A stretch of 64,000 nucleotides of DNA from Lama guanicoe (Eukaryota), in NCBI GenBank assembly GCA_013239625.1, contig MU054323.1, positions 13,501,950-13,565,949 on the forward strand. Direction: 5' to 3'. Shown piece after piece: positions 37,749 to 51,190 of the stretch. How positions within the stretch are numbered: the stretch's first letter is position 1; every line of letters starts with the position of its first letter. A model generated the notes under the pieces. The model saw only the letters and a program-made list of their open reading frames with translations, did no database searches and was not told where the DNA came from. The translations under genes were made by a program, and so were the position numbers.

Positions 37749-40700
37749 GTAAGTCTGTTTTCCCTTGTTTTCTCCTGTATGTAGTGATTTGTGCAGCATT
37801 CTCAGAAAGTAAGAAGATGATGCAGTAACGGAGTCCTCTGTCTGCCTTAGATCAGAAGTAAAACATGATGACTCCCTAAAATTAAAAATTCAATTAAAAA
37901 CAAAAGCAAGATCCGCAGATTTAGCTATGTTCTTTCTAGGAATGCAGGGCTGGCGAAGACAGGGAAGGTTGGTGAGGCCTGTTAAGTCAAGAGAGCAGTT
38001 TGTCTGTTCATCCCTGCCAGGGAAAGGTTCTGCCCAGTGAGCCCTGGAATTCATCACTAAGTGGGTGCAATTAAGGGGAGTTTTTATATTAGCCAGTTCC
38101 TCTCAGTTCTTCTTTCATATGTGTCAGTCCCTAGAACTCCATCGTGGCATGGCTCAATAATTCATAACTCAGAGAAGAAAAAATCTTTTCAAAGAGAAGA
38201 TGGTTATAATAATAACATTTACTCAGCACTTGACAGTATGAACTATTTCAGAGGCATTAGTGTAGTTAATCCTTATAACTAGCCTATGAGGTCGGCATTT
38301 TACTCAGCCTATTTGCATGTGAAGGTAGAGAGGTCCAGAGAGGACAACCCAAGTTTCCCAGGATTGTGCAGCCAATAATGGCTAGAACTAGGACTCAGAT
38401 GCAGGTGTTCTGGCTCTACCTGCATCACTGCAACAAATGAAGGTTGTACACTTCATTTCCCCACGTTTGATGATTCTTTGGCAACTAAAGTCAGATTTGG
38501 CCGTGGTATTAAACAAATACCCTAGGTTCTTGAACTTCTTCTAGTTGATACCCGAGTTATATAAGATGGAAGATGTGGTACTCTAGGTGAGGGTAGCCTA
38601 GCAGCCAGGTGAGTGAGGCTACTGCTCCTTGGTCCAGATGCCAGCTCAGTCATGTCAGCTTCATTCAGCAGTCATGCCCTGCTGTGGACACATATTGAAT
38701 TCAAAGCTGATATTATATATGCTCCCACTAAATTACATTTTCCCATTTCATTCTTGAAGAACCAGCTTTAGAGGGGCTGCCAAAGGCATGAGTCTGTGTT
38801 CAAGCACACACCCCACTGACAGTGGGTTACATAAGAGGCAGTGTTACCTTGAAGATGACCCCAGGTGGTCATAGCAGCTGATGTGGTCAACGGGCAAGAC
38901 CAGCCTAACCAGCTCTCTTCACCCACCTCAGAGAAGGAGAGGTTCTTCTACCAGCTACGCCACTGGGATTGCATCACCTGATCACTTTATCATAAAACAA
39001 ACACGTTTCCTTTTTCATGTTTTCTCTTCTGTGGGATTTTTTGCCTGTATCTAGACCAGAAAAATGCTCAAATGGGAGGGAGCCATGTGTAACTCTCTCT
39101 GCAGAGTGGGGCCCAGGGAATCTGTTTGGCCATGGCAAGGCTCAGCCCAAAGTCAGGTTGAGACACTTGTCCCGTGGTGTGGTGTAAGAGCTGGTAGGCC
39201 TTATCAAATCTCAAGTTCTTCTCTCTACTGTCCAGTCCTTCTGGATGTCTCTCCCTTCCATGGAGGCATTGGTTTTGTAGAAGCAGCAAGGTGAGCCATC
39301 TTGGGAGCTTCCATACTCCTCTCCCCAACTCATCGGAGCAGATTTGCTGGTACTAGGTTCCTGATGCAGCTGTGATGAGGTAGAAAGCTCTGGACTTGGA
39401 GTCTGAAATCTTCGGCTTTGAACCTCAATTCTGCCCCTTATTAACTCTATGTCCTTGACCAAGTTATTGACCATCTTTGAGTCTCTATTTTCCTATCTAT
39501 ACGAGGGAGTTAAGACTTACCTGCCATGTTGTTGTGATGTAAATGATATCAGATATGTGTGTCACAGAACTCAGAGTAAACTTTTCTTTTTTTAGTATTC
39601 CTTGATATTTTTGGAGTTTAATTAAAATTAACTCATTTAAAGTTTTAATAGTCCTTTTATTTTTTAAAATATATTTAATTCCATTGGTACAATTTGATTC
39701 GATCTTTACTTACACATATTTTTTAAAAAGCTCATTGGTTTTCTGGTTATGATATCCTATGTCCTATGCAAAATCTGAATTAATTTTGATTTACACACAA
39801 GAAAAATGCCTGGGAATTTATATAACAAAATAAAAAATGATAATTATCTCTAGGTAGGAGGGGTATGGGTATTTTTAGATTCTTATTCTCTTTTGTTCAT
39901 CTGTATATTCTGATTTATCTACAGTGAGCATGTGTTTCTTACATAATCAAAGTAGTGACTGAAAGAAATTTAAACTGCTTTAATACAAATTAAACTACAA
40001 AAAAATAGTGAAAGAAAAAAAGACCATGTAACCTAAATAGTGTTTTAGATATGGCAAATTTGGTACTCTATTGTCATAAGAAAATGTTTCAAACAATAAA
40101 TAAATGCATTATTGCCTCCCCCCTGCCAAAAACTCACCTGGTTTTCAAAGGGATTTATAAATATAATGCTCTAGAAGGGTCATTAAAAGGAATTATGGGG
40201 AATGATTCCTTTTTTTTTTTAGTGCCTGAACCACCTGCTTTTGAAATACATTCCACTTTCAGGGTAAAGAAGACAAAGAGACACTAGTTGAAATACGCTG
40301 ATTATAGAATTAGAATTCCAGCACTGCAAAAGTTTTGCTAATCCCCTTATTTTGAGTTCTGGAGAAGTTAAGTGACTTCCTGAAGGTCACATGGATTATT
40401 AGCAGCAGGACCATGACTCATATTCAGGTCTCCTGACTCCCAGTCCAGTGCTCCTTACACCACAATCACTCCAAATTTTACAGCATCCTGAGGTCTCAAA
40501 ATCAGAGGACTGTGGGAAGTACCTTTTCCTGTCCTTGGCTGGCACTTTGACCCAGAGCCTCTTCCTGCCTCGTGCTGTCTCCTGGTTCTTAAGTAAGCAT
40601 TAGCAAGCAATGCCCTGGCTTGCCCTCCTGATGGGACTCACGCTTGACTTTATCTTTTTCAGCAGTTCCTGCAGTTATGCTAATAATGTGCCCTAGCCAT

Positions 40701-40936
40701 ATATTAGGATGCTTCTAAAATCTTACCCTTTCTTGTCCTAGATCAGTGGCTTTTGCTCTGATCACACACCAAATGTTCAGGAGCAATGGCTTCCTGTCTT
40801 TCCCTCTAGTGACACATTCTTCACATTCTTCTTTCCCTACTCACCAGCTCCGAGATCTTGCCAAGTGACCTCACATCTCTGTAACTCAGTTTCCTCATCT
40901 GCAAAAATGAGAAAATTATTATTACCTATCTCACAA

Positions 40937-41415
40937 TGTTGCAGCAAAGTGTGTTACAGCTCAGTTGTTACAGCAACCTGGATCCAGACGAGAGATCAGG
41001 CAGCTCTTGGAGGGTTGGAGAACTCAGGTTTATTATGCCAGCGGGCCCAAAGGAGTTAACATTCCAAACTCTGGACCCTATCTGTAGGTTTACACAGGCT
41101 TTTATAGGCTGCCAGTCTGGACTTTGCAACATCATATGCAAATAAGGTGTAACAAAGTTGACTAATTAGGAATGAGCTTTGTAGAAATGGACCAATCAGG
41201 AGTGAGCTCCATGCAAATGAAGCACTACAAATGGACCAATCAGGAGTTAGCTGAGGGAACCAATAGAATCTTAAGGGTAGTTCTGCTTTCCAAGCCATTT
41301 TAGAGGCAAAAAGCAAGATAATGCCACTGGGCCAGGGAACTGGATGGTGATGGCAGGAGAGTACTGGCCCTGCCTGGGGGTCCTGCTGTCTTTTTCATGG
41401 GGGCTTCCCACCTCA
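40937..41415 (-). mobile_element. ERV1-type solo LTR (479 bp) inserted in a MIR
   Basis: TG...CA termini; 4-bp TSD ACAA (40933-40936, 41416-41419); minus-strand TATAAAA (41100-41106) and AATAAA (41029-41034); MIR core resumes across it. Confidence 0.88.
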
Positions 41416-42566
41416 ACAAGGATAGCGTGAGCATTAACTAAGTTGCTACACATAGCTTAAAACTTTGTCTTTCACACAGTAAGAGTTCAATACATTTTAG
41501 CTATCGTTGTTATTACTTTTACCTAGGGCTCTGTGAGGGAAAAATTTCTTATCACTATAAAGCTTCTCAGATGCAGGACCGTGCAAATTATTTAATTTCC
41601 TGGATCATCACATTTACCTATTATAAAAGGGAAGCAAACTAGATTATCATAAAGATCCTTATAGCTCTGACAGATGTGACTGTCCTATCCACCTGCTTCC
41701 CTTTTCTGTACTGACCCCTCCCTACCGCTCTTCAGGTCATCCTAGGCACCTGAGGCCTTGCTTCCAGTTAGTTGTCTTAATAATCCTTCCTGTCTTGTTC
41801 TGTCCCCGGAGACATCTGCATCTTAGTAATGTGTTCCGAGGGACCAAATAACCTTTAAGGCTCAAAGGAATCACTCTCCACTAGTGGAATTTCCTTGTCA
41901 GAAAGAGGGTAAGGAGCAGCCTTCCTAATGCCTTGAGTCACTTCATGTCGGCAGCTACTTACTCTTCTCCTTAGGCCATGATGCCCACACTCAGGGTGCT
42001 GTTCCCCTATTACACACCCCAGCAGCTTCAGCAGGCCACCAACCTGTTTCTTTCAAAATCATTTTATGAGGTAGATATCAGCCACTTAACCTCACCAGTA
42101 AAGGGTTAGGAATGGAGCTTCTCGCACTTGAGCTAAGCCCATTTAATTCATCAGTACTGTGTGTTCCTGGTGTCCCTGGTTCCCATATGCAAGTGCTATG
42201 GGAAGCCTAAGAAAGGACTCTTTCTTCCCAGAGATCACAGTGTGTCCAGAGGGCGGGGACACCACCACCAGGATGATGCCCCTGGGCAAACACTCCCTCG
42301 GTGAACTGTAGGCCCTCACATCTCTCCTGAGACACTTGTCACTGCGCACATCCTGCTTTCTACTTGGTTGGCAGACTCTGAGCCTTTTCTACATCTCCCA
42401 TAGCCCTGGCACAGGCCAAACACCGAGCAAATGCAGAGAATAAATACATGAATAAATACAAGACCTTTTCCTCTTCTGTATTCTATCAAGATAGAAATGC
42501 TTCTCAGAAAATAACCAGGCAAAATGCTGTTGTGTCAGTGGGATGTGCACCGCTTTGGTCGCTTGA

Positions 42567-42585
42567 TTTCCTGTAGGGGGCGCCA
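42567..42585 (+). promoter_or_regulatory. CTCF-like motif TTTCCTGTAGGGGGCGCCA
   Basis: Close match to CTCF core CCnnnAGGGGGCGC; retained CpG in a CpG-poor region. Confidence 0.55.
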
Positions 42586-42957
42586 AGAGCAGCTGAAGTG
42601 ATTAAAAAGAAGGCAGAGGGAGCTAGGGGCTTCCAAATGCAGAGGAACAAAGTCTCTCCTGGTGAATTTTGCTGAGAGGGCATTATGCCAAAATCCCAGA
42701 AATGCACCCACGTCAGTTTCCCATCCCAGCTCCCATCTGGCTTCCAGAAAGAAAAGGGAAGCAAAAGTCCCATTATTGCCCCAGCTGGAGTGGGCTGGGA
42801 GAGGGCTCTTCTATCTACAGGAAGGGTGTCAGGAGCAGCTACATCCTGTTTGTGCTCCACCAGTCATCACGCTTCCCAGGACTTCCTTCTCAGTGGCCTT
42901 GTTTTCTTTCCAGATTTCTCTTCAGATTCCTTGACATTCCTTTGTCTTTTGTTACAG

Positions 42958-42994
42958 CTCTGGGGCATAATCAAGCAAGGATACAAATGCAAAG
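42958..42994 (+). CDS. RASGRP3: RASGRP3 coding exon 13, 37 nt (LWGIIKQGYKCK; C1 domain)
   Basis: ttacAG acceptor; AAG|GTAAAT donor. Confidence 0.96.
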
Positions 42995-44957
42995 GTAAAT
43001 AAACTTCTTTCGTTGTTAAAATTTTACATTGTGATATTTGGGGCAGGACTCAAATTTGCCTAATGGAAACCACCAAAGCCCCTCCCTGTTATAGAGAATT
43101 TAGTGCTTCGGGGCCACTGGCAACTGAAGAATTAATGTGTTCAGGAAAGGACTCCCTGGAGTTTTGGAGAGACCAGGCTGGAATTTTATGGCTTGTTACA
43201 AGAGCAAGCAAACTATCACCACCCGCAACACACACACATCTAGCCCCCAGCTCTAAGATGCCTGGCTCATCATCTGCACACAGTTAGGTGAGAACTTTGA
43301 GGAGGGCAAGCCTAATGGAAACATTGTATGTAAGAACTCTGTCCTTCAAGGGGGAAAACAACAACAACCACCTGTGCTTATTTCTGTAACACCTATGCAT
43401 TTCTTTCCACTCTCACATAGCTATTCCCTTCTCTGCTAAATCACAGATGACAATGAGAAAAAAGGAGAAACTTGGATCCAGTTCAATGAATTTGTTCATA
43501 TACCTCCATTTAATTGAAATTTAGAACAACTGAATAAATATTTGCCAAATGCAATAGGAATGTGTTGCTACTTGCAGATGTATGATTATTGCACATTATT
43601 CATGTTTAAGATATTGCTGGATATTTTATGCAGACTGTTTATACTTGTTCTTTTAAGAATCAGATAATGCTCTTGAAAAATATAATGTCAAATATAATAA
43701 AACCACAAAGGGAACACAGAATGCCTTCAGATTAATATTGTCCCCTTGGGATACCCTTTTTCTCCAGCCATCTTTCAGTATTTGGCCCTCATTTTACATG
43801 AATAAGGAGCTTCCTTGAACCTTCATGAGAGCCACCTTTTAGTGTTTAAAAAACTGCTTCCCTTTAGTTCTCTAGATCAGTTGTCTTAGTCTAACTTTGA
43901 TTTTTACTTTCAAGCAGCAAAGATAGTGCAATATCTTACTGCCCCACCATAAGTCATTAGTTTTATTCTGGTTTCTGCCCCTTCTCCCTTAGACACACAT
44001 AGACACACACAGACACACACAATTTTATGAAGATGTAAATCAGTTTAACCCTTGGGTCATCTTTGTTCATATAGTATTTTCTCTTAAAGGCACATAGAGT
44101 GAAAAATCTAATTAAAATAGACTGGGCATGTCATTACAATTTGATCTTTCCATGATATCATTACAAAATCATTTGAAACAAGACCGTTTGAGGGAAAACG
44201 GGTATTGGAAATAATGAGAAAAGTCCTCTTTGATAGTGAAAAAGAAATAAACCCTTTAAAATGATCGTATCTGTGCAGTGATTCTAAGGGGAATGTAGGA
44301 CCGTCATCACATGAAGTAACTGTGTGCTATCTTCCAAAGTGGCCAAAATTTTCTACCCCAAGGAGCAATTAATATCTACTTTCTTAACTAAAGCATCAAA
44401 TGAGAAAGGCCACAGAATCTGCCACATGCCGTTTCCAAGCCATAGTCAAGTCTGGGACACGTTTATTGAACATATGCTCACCTTATTTTCTGCTTCTTCC
44501 AAGAAAGCAAGCCAGGCAAAGGGCAATCACAGCAGGTTAAAGCCACAAAGACTGTGAACCCGTCTTGGAATTGGGGTCTTGAGGTTTTATAGAAAACTGG
44601 ATGGAGCAGAAGAGTGATAACAACAGGGGCAGTGGTGCTGATTCTTCTTAATCTTGATAAGTCCATCTGGCTTCACAAAAACTCCTTAGGGTCTGTCCAT
44701 TCTTCTGAGGTCATCAACTCATGACTTTCTTTCTAGAAAACAGCTTCTGGGTTAAAGAATGCATAGGGAAGGTTGGGGGCTATTTTAACAAAGCAATTGA
44801 GTGAGTAAACAAAAAGAAAAACAAGATGTGTCAAAATGAGTCAGCAAACAGCCTTAGCATTAAGGAAGCCATTTTGTGAGTTATGTTAGTTAGATTTCTA
44901 CTCTTTCAAATGCATGTGGTTCACACTAATCATCTGTGATATTTTGGGATGTTTCAG

Positions 44958-45083
44958 ACTGTGGAGTCAATTGTCACAAACAGTGCAAAGACCTTCTGGT
45001 TTTGGCCTGCAGGAGATTTGCCCGGGCACCCTCCTTGAGCAGTAATCATGGATCGTTGCCTGGAAGTCCATCGCTGCCCCCAG
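44958..45083 (+). CDS. RASGRP3: RASGRP3 coding exon 14 (DCGVNCHKQCKDLLVLACRRFARAPSLSSNHGSLPGSPSLPP; end of C1)
   Basis: tttcAG acceptor; CAG|GTAATG donor; ORF track 44936. Confidence 0.97.
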
Positions 45084-45424
45084 GTAATGTCCTAGACTCT
45101 CTTTCCTCCTGCGATTTCTCTCTGCTAACCTTCCCATACCTCCACCTCAGTGGGGTTCCGGATCTAAAGCTGGTCAGGGCCATTCTAAACACCCAGGCCT
45201 TCTTCAGGATCAGCAGCAGTGGCAAAAGCCCTTGAATCCCATATGCTTCTGTCTGCTTTCAGGTCTCACTAACATGCAGTTCACCTGTGGCCAGTTTCAT
45301 TCTGTCTCTTCCTCTAGGACCTTTCCTGTCAGACTCCTGTTGTTTGCAGCAACTTTGATGGCTTGCTATGCAGCAGTCAGATGTCAAATAATCACAATAA
45401 TTACAGTAATTCTTCCCTTTCCAG

Positions 45425-45789
45425 TGCAGGATGAGGTATTCGAGTTCCCTGGCGTTGCTGCTGGACACCGAGACCTGGACAGCAGAGCCATCACACTGGT
45501 CACAGGCTCCTCTCGCAAGATCTCTGTGAGGCTGCAAAGGACCACCACCAGCCAGGCCACCCAGACCGAACCGGTGTGGTCAGAAGCTGGCTGGGGGGAC
45601 TCAGGGTCCCACACTTTCCCCAAAATGAAGTCCAAGTTCCACAACAAAGCAGCTAAGGACAAAGGCTTTGCCAAGTGGGAGAATGAGAAGCCCAGGGTGC
45701 AGGCTGGCGTGGATGTTGTTGACCGTGGCACCACGTTCGAACCAGACCAGGATGAAGAAGACATGGGTGAGACCAGACAGGATGGTGAG
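45425..45789 (+). CDS. RASGRP3: RASGRP3 coding exon 15 (VQDEVFEFPG...TSQATQTEP...ETRQDGE)
   Basis: ttccAG acceptor; GAG|GTCAGT donor; ORF track 45232. Confidence 0.95.
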
Positions 45790-47132
45790 GTCAGTGCTGG
45801 TCAAACCACAAATAAAATCAGAAGAAGGAGGCTCAAAGGGGTTGAGATGAGGGTTATAATGAGTTGAGGGTTATTTGAGAGGCAGCTTGGTAATTTTGAA
45901 AGCAGGATGGTTGGGAATCAAGACATCACTTTTAGTCTTGCTGTTGGCTAGTTTTGTGACTCTGCAACAATGATTTCTTCTCCTTGGACCACAGTTTCAT
46001 CGTGTATAAAATTGAACTGGATGGATTCGAAAAGTGACGGTTTCCATGTCTGTGTACTGACATGATGTCCCAGGGCCCCTGACTGTTGCATGTATCCAGT
46101 ACAATAGTACTCTATATCTATCATTACCTTAGTTTTCCAAGCTAGAATGAGGGCCCAAACTCAGAGGAGGCAGTGGAAGCAAAAGACTTGCAGACAGAGA
46201 AGGAGAGTTGGAAACTCTTGCCTCTACTAAAAATAGAGAGGCTTTTGACAGCATTATGGAAGAAAGGGTGGTGAGTATCAGAGATGTGGGGACATCACAG
46301 TTCTATAAGCCAGACTTTGCCTCCACACAGAAATTACACTCATATCATCCAAGGCAAATTGAGAAGCATATGGAATTTGTTAGAACAAGCTGAAAACATA
46401 AATTGATTCAAAATTAACTTAGATAAATTTATTAGTCAATAGTCCACAATGTATTAAGAAAAATGATTTGGGGAATTTGGTGTCATATTCCTAACCTTAA
46501 AGCAGTGTCACAGAGGGCAGTCATTGCCTCCCTACTGAATCATTCTCATAAATAGACTATTGGGTTAGGCAAAGATCGTTTTGGATAAGGCAGTGCTCTT
46601 TGTTCTTATGACTGATACTCCAGATTCCACTTGTTACCAGGAGACCTAAACACACAGTCTCCATACTTTCCCATGATGAGAAAAACTCCAATGACCTTTT
46701 ACCGAAATTCCTCTAGTTCCTTCCTCATTGAAGACAATTAATAAGGATGCCACACATTATCTTCAGTCATATGAAGTTTACTGTAAGTTCCTGCTGATAC
46801 ATTTTTTCCTTTCTTATAACACCAACTTTTAAAGCCGCTTTTTGAGATATAATTTATGTAGTACAAAATTTACCCATTTAAAGTGTATAATTCAATGGTT
46901 TCTAGTATATTCACAGAGTTGCACAACCACCACTACAATCTAATTTTAGAACATATACATCATGTGCCGAGAGGACTACGTGATCTTTTAATTCCCTCTA
47001 GGTCTTGAGAGTACAAGGTACTGATCATTTGAGATGTTCCCTTGAAATTATCTGATCAACTGCTTTCTAGGAATATTCTCATTTCCTTAAAATGAGACCC
47101 AGCCACACAACAGGTTCTGATTCATATTGCAG

Positions 47133-47141
47133 GATGGCTGA
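47133..47141 (+). CDS. RASGRP3: RASGRP3 last coding exon (DG*), continuing into 3'UTR
   Basis: attgcAG|GAT GGC TGA completes the recalled C-terminus QDGEDG. Confidence 0.88.
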   Translation, partial: DG

Positions 47142-49095
47142 CTTCAGGCTGAGAATACTGAAGGCAATTGCATTGGCATTTGGAAGGAGCAAGATGAGAA
47201 ACTCTGAAGAACACTCCAGCTCTCAGGAAATTATATGAAAAGATATCTGGATATTTACTGCCCTTGTGACACTGTGGGATCTCCCTGATAAAACTGTGGG
47301 ACAGAGGATTTACCCCATGAACTATTTATTTCTCCTCCCTTGCCCCTCGTTAGGTGCCACAAAGACTGTGTTATGTAGTTGGTAGTTTTCTTTCTTATCT
47401 TCCTCTAGAGCCATTTATATACGGGTGAAATGAAAGCTTTTGTGCATGTAGTTGATATTCATTCTCTAAACTCAAATTTTGCTTTTTGTGTGTGAGAATG
47501 TTATTTCAGTATTTTTATAAACCTTTGAGTGGGGTTTTAACAAGGAGTTAACTCAGAGATCTTTTTGTGTACTTTTTGGATGGGACCAGGACGTACCATT
47601 TTCTTGAGGGACAAGGAAGCTCTTCCTGTCTTGGAAAGCAGGGATTCTTCTAATGATGATTTGTTGCAAGGAGAAGCTGTTTACATTGTTCTTACCATAC
47701 AATTGCTGTTATGATGTGTAACAAGTCACAGTTCTATAATCATATAAGTCTTACCAATTCTGTATCACTGGGTAGCTATGACACAGCCATGAAAACTCTT
47801 CTAATATTTATAATTGTCATGGGGAAAATTAACTATACTTGTCCTATCTGACTAGGTTTAGCCATCTTTCTTAAATTTTCTATGTAGAAGTCTGAATAGC
47901 AATTAAAAATCAATTCAAGTTTTGGGGAATAAAATTTAGGAGAAATACAAACTCAGACTACTTACTGAAATGCTAAACAACCAGCAGTTTTCTTTGCGGG
48001 GGTTCAACAACAACAACCAGCAATTTTTAAAAACTCAAAATAGTTTCAAGAATTTTGTTTGTTAAAAAAAGAAATTTGGGTTGTGAAAGATAACTCTTAT
48101 GCTCTTCCTAAGAAATCTTTCCATCTGTGATTAAAGAGTAATTGTAGAGAGCAAATCATCACAAACCACTTTTGTGTTACATTTCATTTAAAAAGTGTCA
48201 ATATTTTAAGTATCTGCCATAACTAGACATGGGCCTGTTTCTTACAAGATGAGAAAAGAAAGAACTTGGCTTAAAGTGTTCAAAAATAGAGATGGGATTG
48301 AGCCTATGGGTGAGGGGAATGACCTGCTACCAAATGACCAGAGAGAAACTGGTCCCCAGAGATGCACTGGTCTGCCTTTGGGAGCTTAAGAGTGATTTTG
48401 TTTTTACTTGGGGCAATCACATCAATAAAGAAATGCCTTTCTTCTCATTTTCCATTAGGTAATTGAAGACAGTTCTGCTCAACAAACACTTGCTGAGCAC
48501 CTGTGCTGGGCAGGCAGGTCCTGTGCTAGATGCACAAAGAGGAGGAACACTTGGTCTTCTGCTCTCAGGAGCAGAGAGCCTGTGGGCAGTAAGCAAGATG
48601 CTTCCTTAAAACACAGTTCCAAATTTGCTAGAACTGACTTAATTGTGCCAAACAGATTTAGAGATCAGTTTGCAGACATATTGCAAATTAAATGAAGTTA
48701 TTAGTTGAGGGAGTTGGGATGAAACGAGATAATAAGAGAACTTACTTACCATTGGCAAGCCCCTCAGAAGGCAAACAGCCGTCCCAGTATTGGTTCTATG
48801 TATATACACTCTCTGTTCCTACTCATAAATGCAATGAGATATATGTTAACAAAATTAAAAACAGAAAATAGCAATGTAAGTACAAGAAATCTTTCTTGTG
48901 TGTGTGTGTGTTTTTTTAACTTTAAGAAAATTCTGGAAGAAACTTGTTAATGAATGACTAGCCTTTTTTTTCTCAAAGCAGTTATTTCACTTACCACTTA
49001 GTTTGGGTTATTTTTGAGTTGTCACATATAAGAAGAGTTTTATATTATCAGCCTTCCTGTGACAAAGATACTAACTGTATCTTGAGTAAAAAACA

Positions 49096-49101
49096 AATAA
49101 A
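49096..49101 (+). terminator. Likely RASGRP3 polyadenylation signal (AATAAA); other candidates at 47928 and 48424
   Basis: AATAAA followed by GT/T-rich tgtgtttgtatatgtatt about 30 nt downstream. Confidence 0.55.
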
Positions 49102-50689
49102 TACAAACAAAAAAGAAAAGAAAACATATGTGTTTGTATATGTATTAAACAATGTATTTATATGTATACACAGGCCCACACATACACACACTACTGTTAC
49201 TACTTTGCTGAAGAGGAATTTAAGTCCATAATGAAGCTGCTTTATAATTTTCATTATATCCTTTACTCATAACCACAATGGTGATTCTGATGTTTCCATT
49301 CTATCAATTTTCCATAATCAGTAAAATATGTAAATTAGGCAAATATGTGGTGGAGCAAAAGAACTATCATGGTTGTTGGTTCCTCCAGAGCTTCCTTTTG
49401 TAGGTTTGATGATCATTGTTACCTTTTATGTGAAAAGCAAAAACAAAACCAAACTCTTAACAGTGAATATTATTAGGTAACAGGAGAGGAAAAACTAGAT
49501 GCTGCAATTGAGTCTTCATTGAAGGATGTACAAATTGGATTGATGCTTTTTGAAATGTACCTAAACCAGAGAGTGACCCTAAATGGTATCTGAACACTTT
49601 AAGTTGAGTAGCTATCTCTTGTCTCCAGATTTCCATGGTAGCAGAGTCTTTCCAAAGGTCCAAGAGGGTTGCTATTTAACAACGAAGGCAGGACTGCTAT
49701 AGAAGGAAGCACCAAACCGCTACTGACAGCAGGAAGCTTAAGCATCCCTAAGGTAAACATACAGATTTTTGAAAAGGTAAATTCAGTCAAATGAGATTCC
49801 CAGCACACCTTTGACATGCAATCCGCAGCCAGATTTAAATCCCAACTCTGCTGTAGTCATGAGGTCCTGGGCAAGTCATGTACATCTATTTGAGCCTCAG
49901 TTTTCACATTTGAAAAGGAGAGGTTTTACCACTTTCAACTACCTTATTGTAAAGATCAAGTCTAGTAATACGTGTAAAAGTACTTTGTAAAGACCTTATA
50001 AGTTAATATTATTTTACAGGTACACAGGGTCCTTCTCTCAAATTGTCTTTAAGATCCCAGACTACATGTTTACATGGCTGTATTCTTTGGAGGCTCTAAA
50101 ACTAACATTTAACTAACTTTTGTGTTCAATAAGAATTAAACAAAGAAATATTCATAGAGGTTTTTTTCTGATTCCTGGCACTTTGTATGTGTAGCATCAA
50201 TTCTGCTCCATTTTCTAATATTGGCTATTCTCATTCTGTTTGAAAACAGGTAGGCAAGATTAAGAAACCAAATGGGTAAGATATAAATGAGTCTAGAGAA
50301 AAATAGGTCAAAGCATAAACATGCTTAAGAGGCTTATCTTGAAATAATCAATTTTACTACAGGGGAGAACAAGAGGAAAACAAAAATTAACTTTTCAGAT
50401 AAAAAGTACTCCATTTATTTGACAACTAGAATGTATTTTATGACTATTAAAGGTGGTAACCATAGGAAACTACTTGGAATTTAAGGCTCATCAGGAAATA
50501 GCTTCCTCCATGCTGCATCCAAAACTTGCTTGCTGAAGTCTAGAGAGTATTCAGACCTCAAACAAAAATATTTATTCTCTTTTTAAAATGTTAATGGCAA
50601 GCATGTTGGAATTCACATCTATTCAGAATTTAAGTGACTTTCTGTTTATATATAATAGCATAAGGAAAGCATCACATGGGGCATTCTAT

Positions 50690-51190
50690 AAGATAGCTGA
50701 CCTGAACATTCCAAAAATGAATGTCTTAAAACGAGAGAAAAAAGCAGGGGAGAAGCAGTTATAGATCAAATGAAACATGCTAAAAAAACAAAACAAAATA
50801 TCCAAATGCAGAGTCATAAACTTTGATTGGATTCTGGACCAAAAAATCTAAAAAGCAGACATTTTTGGGGGGCAACTGGAGAAATATAAATATGGACTAT
50901 ACATCAAATGACCTGTGAATGTTAATTCACTCCAGTGTGATCATAGTTTTATAGTTATGTAGGAGAATGTCTATTTTTAGGTGATGCTTGCTGAAGTAGT
51001 TGGGGAGGAAGTGTCAATATTTGCAATTTACTTTCAAATGGTTCAGTAGAAAAAAAAAGAATGTTTTTGTGTAGAGAAATAAAGCAAATGTGGCAAGATG
51101 TTAACTGTTGAATTTAGGTAGAGGGTATATGGACATTTATTGTTCATTTTTAAAGGTTTTCTGAAGGTTTGTAGTTTAAAAAGAGTTGTG
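50690..51190 (+). mobile_element. Old L1 (L1ME-type) 3' end
   Basis: ctttgattggattctggacc...aatatggact...tttgcaatttactttcaaatggttcag...aatgtggcaagatgttaac signatures. Confidence 0.75.

Larger units (their letters stand above)
9750..49120 (+). other. RASGRP3: RASGRP3 transcription unit within the window (true first exon/promoter probably upstream of window; 3' end approximate)
   Basis: 16 coding exons join in phase (70+103+63+132+148+174+117+276+78+117+116+148+37+126+365+9 = 2079 nt) to give MGSSGLGKAATLDELL...ETRQDGEDG*, which matches my recollection of mammalian RasGRP3. Confidence 0.97.

Noticed and set aside
45232..45424. N-terminal part of the 211-aa ORF
   Set aside because: Intronic open frame upstream of the real acceptor at 45424; only 45425-45789 is exon
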